DNA of 64,000 bases from SAR324 cluster bacterium (GTDB lineage Bacteria; SAR324; NAC60-12): positions 3,059 to 67,058 of the forward strand of contig JAQWOT010000201.1 in assembly GCA_029245725.1 (NCBI GenBank), read 5' to 3'. Below, one piece after another: positions 58,646 through 64,000 of the stretch. The translations under genes and the position numbers were made by a program. The notes under the pieces were generated by a model. The model was not told the DNA's origin, made no database searches, and was given only the letters and a program-made list of their open reading frames with translations. The stretch's first letter is position 1; the number at the start of each line of letters is the position of its first letter.

Positions 58646-58854
58646 ACCGTTTGAGGAAGATTCAATTTAGTTCTAAAGGGCTGCCACACTGAAAAACATT
58701 TTTTTTGCTTAGCTGCAAGACCTTAGTTTGATATTTTTCAGTGATGGGTATGGAAGGATTCGCTGTTCTGCCAGAATATGAAAACAATCTGATTTTGTTA
58801 GGTGAGTCATCGTTTGCTGGAGAGGGATAAAAAAAGTCAATTTGGATCCGAAAG

Positions 58855-60192
58855 TTAGCGGGAAATCGAGAAGTGCGATAGATTTCGCCAAGGATTAGTC
58901 GGTCGCTTGCTCACGTGAATTTCATAATGCAGGTGTGAACTCGTGCTGCGCCCTGTATTACCAGTGTAGCCGAGTAGTTCTCCACGCTGAATGAATTGGT
59001 TTGCCTGTACCGCTAGACGGGACAAGTGACCATAGCGAGTCATGTAATCAGTGGGTTTGAAATTTTTTATTGAGATACCAGACCCATGATCAAGCTCTAC
59101 CAACAGTCCATATCCGGCTGCTGGTCCAGCTTTTCGGACAATTCCATCAGCTGGAGCATAGATTGGTGTTCCAGCAGGTCCTGAAAAATCTATGCCGCTA
59201 TGGAAAGCTGGCAGATTAGTAAACGGGTCACGTCTTCTGCCGTAGTGTGAGCTTACTGAAGGGTCTTCAACCGGGGCAATCGTCGGAGTACTTCGCCAGA
59301 GAATTTCATTACCAATGATTTCTTCGTAGAGACGCTCTAAGGAATGATGAGTCGAATGATAGGAGCTTAACTCTTGTTCTAAAATCACACGTGGATCCAG
59401 AGGCTCTGCACCCAATTGCTGCTCTTCTACGGGGAGTAAAGATTCTTCGAGAAAGGGACCACCTTTGCCCCCCTCGTTTTCAACAGGAGTCGCAGGAACT
59501 TCTGTCAACACACGAATGCCTGTGATCTCTTGAATTTTTTCTGTAAGTTGCCGTACCTCTTGTTCACGGGCTTGCATCAGTACGGCGTATTCAGCTAGCT
59601 CCTGCTGAGCAGCATTCAAATTTTGTTTTAAGTCCCAAATCTCTTCTTGGACCAACTCTGAGTTGACTAGAACAGTTAGATCTGCTTTCTGTGACAGCGT
59701 CAGGTGGTGAAAATCTTTGCTGATCATATTCAGCCAGTTGAGAGGATCTGCTTCAAGGACTTTGGTGTCCAGCAGCACAGCTCTACATTGATAAGATCCC
59801 TGCTGACAAGCTAGGGAATGGATCTGTTGGATGTGGTACAAAAGATTTTGCTGAGTGGCACTTTTCTTCTGGGAGTGCGTTTCCAAAGTAGCCAGTTGAT
59901 CACGTAGTTCCTGAACCCTGTTTTCCAAGACCTCAACGCGCTCAGCTTGGCTGGCTGCAATCTCCATTCTTTCGTGAATGTGAATCTGTTGTGATTGGCG
60001 TTGAGCATTCCATTGCTGTTGTTCATGCAACTGAACACTTTGCCAAATAACCATCCCACCCAAAAAAAGGAATAACCCTAATGCAAGCAGGACTGTGGTG
60101 ATCAGTGGTATAGGACGCAAAGGGAAGTGTGTGATGCCTGTTCCATTGTGCCGAAGCAACAGGATCGATAAATTCGGCATTCGAAAACTCAA
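58855..60192 (-). CDS. M23 family metallopeptidase with N-terminal TM anchor and long coiled coil (EnvC/NlpD-like)
   Basis: C-terminal M23 signatures (…HSGIDFSGPAGTPIYAPADGIV…GHLSRL…GYTGNTGRSTSSHLHYE…). Confidence 0.7.
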   Translation of the reverse strand: MSFRMPNLSILLLRHNGTGITHFPLRPIPLITTVLLALGLFLFLGGMVIWQSVQLHEQQQWNAQRQSQQIHIHERMEIAASQAERVEVLENRVQELRDQLATLETHSQKKSATQQNLLYHIQQIHSLACQQGSYQCRAVLLDTKVLEADPLNWLNMISKDFHHLTLSQKADLTVLVNSELVQEEIWDLKQNLNAAQQELAEYAVLMQAREQEVRQLTEKIQEITGIRVLTEVPATPVENEGGKGGPFLEESLLPVEEQQLGAEPLDPRVILEQELSSYHSTHHSLERLYEEIIGNEILWRSTPTIAPVEDPSVSSHYGRRRDPFTNLPAFHSGIDFSGPAGTPIYAPADGIVRKAGPAAGYGLLVELDHGSGISIKNFKPTDYMTRYGHLSRLAVQANQFIQRGELLGYTGNTGRSTSSHLHYEIHVSKRPTNPWRNLSHFSISR

Positions 60193-60214
60193 AAAAAGAT
60201 AGTTGCTCGAGCAA

Positions 60215-62194
60215 TCAGTGTTGGACTTCTGGCCTTTTCACCAGATCATACAGTCTTGCACCGATGAAGATTTCAAGTAATTCAGGATCAATATGATTGT
60301 CTTTGGCTTCAAAGCCCAAAATTTTTAGTGCCCGTTCAGCAGGCATCGCTTTTTTGTAAGGGCGATCCCAAGCAGTCAGCGCATCATAGATGTCAGCAAT
60401 GGTCATCATCTTTGATTGCAGTGGAATTTTATCACCAGACAGTTTGCGTGGGTAGCCTTTGCCGTTCATTTTTTCGTGATGTGCGTAGGCAATGTCTGGA
60501 ACATCCTCTAGGTGTTCGGACCAAGGAATGATTCTTAGAAAATTGTAAGTATGCGTGACGTGTGACTCGATTTCATCACGATCCCGTTGGTTTAAGGATC
60601 CTTTGGGTACAGAAAGTGAGGCGGCTTCATCTATTGAAAGATACGAAACTGGTAAGCCAGTCGAAGGATGTGGGAAGGTTTGTGCCGCTATGACTTGCAA
60701 CTGATCAAATCCTCCCTGGTCCAGAACAGTTGGTTCGTTGCATCGAATGATGAACTTTAGCTGATCATCCAATTGCAAAAGTCGTTCATTCATCTCTTGT
60801 TGAGTCAACTCTACTTGTTGAAATGAGTTCTCTTGAGATTCTTCCAGCAAGTAATTCAGTTGCTTACGAGTATATTGAAGTTCAGTCGCCATCCGGATCA
60901 GATGGAAACGATCCATGACTGCTTGCTGCTCTTCTAGATAAAGTTTCTTAGATTTGACCAGTACTTTCTCACGTACGCCAATTTTGCCGAAATCGTGAAG
61001 GAGAGAGGCATAGCGAATCGTGTTGAATTGATCTGGGTTATAGCTGACATCAGCAAAACGACCCTCGGACAGCGAACTCACCGTTTCTGCTAGAGCTACG
61101 GTGAGCGTGGCAACTCGACTTGAATGTCCGGAAGTCGTTGGGTCTCTAGATTCAATGGCCTTCACACTCGCATTGATGAAACCATCGAATAGAATTTGGA
61201 TAGACTCCAGTAAGGAGGCATTTCTGACCGCAACTGTTGCCTGGGATGCTAGAGATTCCATTAAACGCATGTGGTAATCACTGAATGGAACGACTATTTG
61301 GTCAACATCTTCTTCAGTATATAGAACAGCATCTCCGTCGATCTTGCAATTGATGAGCTGAATCACACCAAGGACTTCACCACGCTCATTACACATTGGG
61401 ACGGCAAGCATTGAGCGAGTCTTATAGTTCTGCTGCTCATCGAATTCACGACCACCCCAGACCAGATTAGAATCATGTAGTTCGTACACATCGTCGATCC
61501 GAATCGACTGGCTGGTGCGTGCCACATAGGCATTGACTGTGCTGAAGTCGAGAGGAAGAACTTTCGCCTGCAGTTGGGATGTGTCTCGTGAAAGATTGAG
61601 TGCGCTGTGGAAGCAAATTTGTTTGTTAGCGAGGTAGTTGCTCTGTTCGTGAGGAGTGTCTGGAATCTGCTCGATCAGGTAGATGCTGCATCCATCTGCG
61701 TTAGTGAGTTTCATCGCTTTCGCAGCGATCATACGCAGTAACTTATCCAGATCTTTTTCGCTGGATAGAGCGATCCCCAGCTCGTTCAACTCGGAGAGAA
61801 TCTCATCCGATTTGCTTACATTTGAATGTGTTCGAGTTCTATCATATAGGCGGTTGAAAAACTGCCTTAGCAGAAAATTCCAACGCGTAGGTGTCAAATA
61901 AGCTAGGGGATACCATTCAATCGAAGGATGTTCTGGAGGTTCCGCAGCCAAGGTGGATCCCTCCTCCAAAACAACAATTCCTCCACCAGCCTGAAGATAA
62001 AGAGTCAGATGGGATTGCCACTGGAAAAGATCACGGCTACGCATAACAATCAAACAGGTTGTTCCCTCAGTTGTATGAGGTAGTTCTTCCAGTGAAGCAT
62101 AGGCAACGGAGGACACTCGTTGCAGTGGATCTGCAAGAAATTCCTGATGTAATTTATCTATACCCTGTGGATAGAACAGTCGGAAGTCAACCAT
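60215..62194 (-). CDS. GAF-domain HD-GYP phosphodiesterase (c-di-GMP hydrolase family)
   Basis: 659 aa. N-terminal region of unknown fold, a GAF-like middle section, and a C-terminal HD domain with HHE…GKGYP (the HD-GYP signature). Confidence 0.8.
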   Translation of the reverse strand: MVDFRLFYPQGIDKLHQEFLADPLQRVSSVAYASLEELPHTTEGTTCLIVMRSRDLFQWQSHLTLYLQAGGGIVVLEEGSTLAAEPPEHPSIEWYPLAYLTPTRWNFLLRQFFNRLYDRTRTHSNVSKSDEILSELNELGIALSSEKDLDKLLRMIAAKAMKLTNADGCSIYLIEQIPDTPHEQSNYLANKQICFHSALNLSRDTSQLQAKVLPLDFSTVNAYVARTSQSIRIDDVYELHDSNLVWGGREFDEQQNYKTRSMLAVPMCNERGEVLGVIQLINCKIDGDAVLYTEEDVDQIVVPFSDYHMRLMESLASQATVAVRNASLLESIQILFDGFINASVKAIESRDPTTSGHSSRVATLTVALAETVSSLSEGRFADVSYNPDQFNTIRYASLLHDFGKIGVREKVLVKSKKLYLEEQQAVMDRFHLIRMATELQYTRKQLNYLLEESQENSFQQVELTQQEMNERLLQLDDQLKFIIRCNEPTVLDQGGFDQLQVIAAQTFPHPSTGLPVSYLSIDEAASLSVPKGSLNQRDRDEIESHVTHTYNFLRIIPWSEHLEDVPDIAYAHHEKMNGKGYPRKLSGDKIPLQSKMMTIADIYDALTAWDRPYKKAMPAERALKILGFEAKDNHIDPELLEIFIGARLYDLVKRPEVQH

Positions 62195-62260
62195 GATCTG
62201 CAGATCTATGAAATCGAAGTGATTCTAAAACTATCTATTAAGAAAAGAAGATTCTCACAA

Positions 62261-63334
62261 TCAGACGGGTGCTGCAAGCGGAACATGCAGAGGTTGGCGC
62301 ATCAATCCAAGTCTTGCCGTTAATTGATCAAAATGTCCCACAGGAAGCCAGAGACGTTGAACATGATCTTGTCGCATTAGCCAGCGGATAAACTGCGAGT
62401 CTGGTGGCAAATCCTCGGTCAGTTGTTGTTGTTGTTTTTCTAGAAAGTTAGCCAAAAGCAAGGCATGCCGTTGACGTAATGTTTCTTCAAAAAGTCCCAT
62501 CAAGCCCATCAGTTCACGTTCAAAATGGTTGAATAATATTTTCGATTGTTCGAGCGATTGAGGGTTCTGTTGCTGTAATTTCCGAGTTTGATACTGAAAA
62601 ACAGGATACCAACTGTGGACCAAGTAATCATTCCATTCGGCGAGAGTCTGAATAATCTGCATTGCCTTCTGCAAAGGATCGGTCAGGCTGAAGTGCGAGG
62701 TGCTACCGACTTGTTGCAGCAGCAGATTAATTCTGAGTTCACAAAGTAACAGAGCTTGGAGGTAGTCACGCAGGTTCTGCTGATTCTCTTTAAAAAGTTT
62801 GTAGGTGGTAGTTGTAACGAACGGAGCATCAGGCCAGCCTTCCAAGCATTCAAGGAGTAGATCTGAAGACCAGCTTGAAATATTACCACTTTTCAGTGCT
62901 TGCCAAGTGAGATTTTGTGGAAGTACTCTGCTTGTCTTACTGTCAGGCTTTGAATCGTTTTCAACAACAATATCCCACCAGCCGACACCAAGCTCATGAG
63001 CTAGTTTTTCAGCAGAATCCTTAGTGCCCCACAGAATGATCCAGCAATGCTCTCGACGAACGTTTTGTGTGTTGAGCAGTTCTCCAAGGTTATTGGAAAT
63101 CGTGGTGACAGTAGTTGCATCTAGCATCAGCAGATTCCCACCCAGACTCAGGTACTGAAGCAAAGCCTCTTCAGACGCTTGCCAGCGGTAGGTCGAGAGT
63201 ACTAAACCCAGACGGAGACTTGGGAAGTGACCTTCTCTAATCAACCAGTCGCTGTGATAACCCAGTCTTTGCTGTGTTGCCTGTAGCTGCTGCAGGGCTT
63301 GTCTATACCGTTCCGCTTCAGCTACTGTGAGCAT
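62261..63334 (-). CDS. Hypothetical protein (357 aa)
   Basis: Coding-like ORF between ssb and the HD-GYP gene on the same strand. No recognised domain. Confidence 0.5.
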   Translation of the reverse strand: MLTVAEAERYRQALQQLQATQQRLGYHSDWLIREGHFPSLRLGLVLSTYRWQASEEALLQYLSLGGNLLMLDATTVTTISNNLGELLNTQNVRREHCWIILWGTKDSAEKLAHELGVGWWDIVVENDSKPDSKTSRVLPQNLTWQALKSGNISSWSSDLLLECLEGWPDAPFVTTTTYKLFKENQQNLRDYLQALLLCELRINLLLQQVGSTSHFSLTDPLQKAMQIIQTLAEWNDYLVHSWYPVFQYQTRKLQQQNPQSLEQSKILFNHFERELMGLMGLFEETLRQRHALLLANFLEKQQQQLTEDLPPDSQFIRWLMRQDHVQRLWLPVGHFDQLTARLGLMRQPLHVPLAAPV

Positions 63335-63343
63335 CGGAATTTG

Positions 63344-63841
63344 TCAGAACGGTACGTCGTCTTCAACATAAGGAGCGTTGTTTCCTTGATTGAAGTCATT
63401 ATTTGAGGTTTTGGATGATGGATTGCGACGGTTGTCCGAAGATCCTCCACTGGGATATTCATTACCGTAAACAGCTGGCCCATCGTCAACGCTTCCTCCA
63501 CTCCGTTCTGTCCCTTCTCGAGAATCTAAGAAGCGCACTTGATTTGCAACAATCTCTGTTCGATATTTTTTTTGCCCTTGCTGATCATCCCAACTGCGCG
63601 TCTGCAATTTGCCCTCAATATACACCATCGAACCTTTTTTCAGATAAGATTGTGCTTGATCAGCCAGGCGATCCCAGGCCACGATATCGTGCCATTCGGT
63701 TTTTTCCTGTCGTTGCCCCTGTTTGTCTCTCCAGTATTCAGAAGTCGCGATAGAAAATGAGGCTACAGCGTTGCCAGATTGAGTATATCGGATCTCTGGG
63801 TCACGACCCAGCCTGCCGATCAGCATAACTTTATTGAGCAT
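63344..63841 (-). CDS. ssb: Single-stranded DNA-binding protein
   Basis: OB fold N-terminus (…[20 protein letters not shown]…), Gly/Asn-rich linker, acidic C-terminal tip …DDVPF. Confidence 0.9.
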   Translation of the reverse strand: MLNKVMLIGRLGRDPEIRYTQSGNAVASFSIATSEYWRDKQGQRQEKTEWHDIVAWDRLADQAQSYLKKGSMVYIEGKLQTRSWDDQQGQKKYRTEIVANQVRFLDSREGTERSGGSVDDGPAVYGNEYPSGGSSDNRRNPSSKTSNNDFNQGNNAPYVEDDVPF

Positions 63842-63854
63842 ATGTTCTCCTTAT

Positions 63855-64000
63855 TTAGCGTTTTGACAGCAATCCCAAAGCTAGTCTGAGCTTGATTTCA
63901 AAGCCTTCTGCTTCTGGAGGAAGGCTTGCTAGCACGGTCAGAACCTCTTTTTCTGCAAAACCCATGTTTTTTAGGGCAGATTGTAGAGAGGCTGTTTCAC
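63855..64000 (-). CDS. ruvA: Holliday junction helicase subunit RuvA, C-terminal fragment (gene starts beyond window end)
   Basis: Minus-strand frame reads …MGFAEKEVLTVLASLPPEAEGFEIKLRLALGLLSKR*, resembling RuvA domain III. TAA stop at 63855-63857. Confidence 0.45.
   Translation of the reverse strand, partial: ETASLQSALKNMGFAEKEVLTVLASLPPEAEGFEIKLRLALGLLSKR

Noticed and set aside
1-64000. Search for CRISPR arrays, tandem DNA repeats, rRNA/tRNA genes, transposases, integrases or phage genes
   Set aside because: By eye I see no regularly spaced direct repeats and no intergenic gap long enough for rRNA. No gap showed a tRNA-like cloverleaf (e.g. GTTCGAATC T-arm). No transposase/integrase-like ORF is present. 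A proper tRNAscan/Infernal run would be needed to exclude small RNAs.

Overview
This 64 kb window looks like a chromosomal, mostly housekeeping and respiratory region of an aerobic Gram-negative bacterium at roughly 48% GC. The Gram-negative call rests on the presence of cytochrome c maturation System I, outer-membrane beta-barrel proteins, Mpl, and an alternative complex III. I cannot assign a taxon from the sequence alone. The region is gene-dense on both strands and I see no rRNA, tRNA, CRISPR array, transposase or integrase.

Main content, in order along the window:
- Start of window: the tail of lon, then a thrS - unknown gene - asnS - glycosyltransferase operon, then prmA.
- A pseudogenised ROK-family regulator and a large outer-membrane protein with Calx-beta-like repeats.
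- An Fe-S module: IscA, a monothiol Grx-rhodanese fusion, and YggT.
- A complete aa3-type cytochrome c oxidase locus: ctaB, coxB, coxA, coxC, subunit IV, a second subunit III paralog, and two tiny membrane peptides that are not in the ORF track.
- argB, an MltD-like transglycosylase with LysM repeats, miaB, pepP, a disrupted alpha/beta hydrolase, a pterin-4a-carbinolamine dehydratase (PCD), and a long PBP1A.
- A HelD-like helicase beside a VWA protein.
- A ccmF-ccmG-TPR-(small ORF)-gamma-CA operon with a neighbouring periplasmic DUF411 / cytochrome c / cytochrome c' cluster.
- An mpl - FGE-sulfatase-domain - large secreted protein operon.
- A complete six-gene alternative complex III operon (actABCDEF).
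- An M23 peptidase, a GAF-HD-GYP c-di-GMP phosphodiesterase, ssb, and the end of ruvA.

The most unusual things I found are:
- Three otherwise intact genes (the ROK regulator, the alpha/beta hydrolase, and cytochrome c') are each interrupted only by in-frame stop codons: five nonsense codons in total, no frameshifts, and all three stop types represented.
- Two paralogous TerB-like proteins share an uncharacterised, PilZ-like core. One of them is fused to a DUF2225-type zinc ribbon.
- A conserved-looking unknown acidic/membrane protein is translationally coupled inside the thrS-asnS operon.
- A HelD-VWA-membrane gene cluster, and an mpl-FGE-DUF4105-like operon.
- Unannotated micro-peptides in the cox locus.

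Everything below comes from reading the sequence and ORF translations by eye. No database searches were run.
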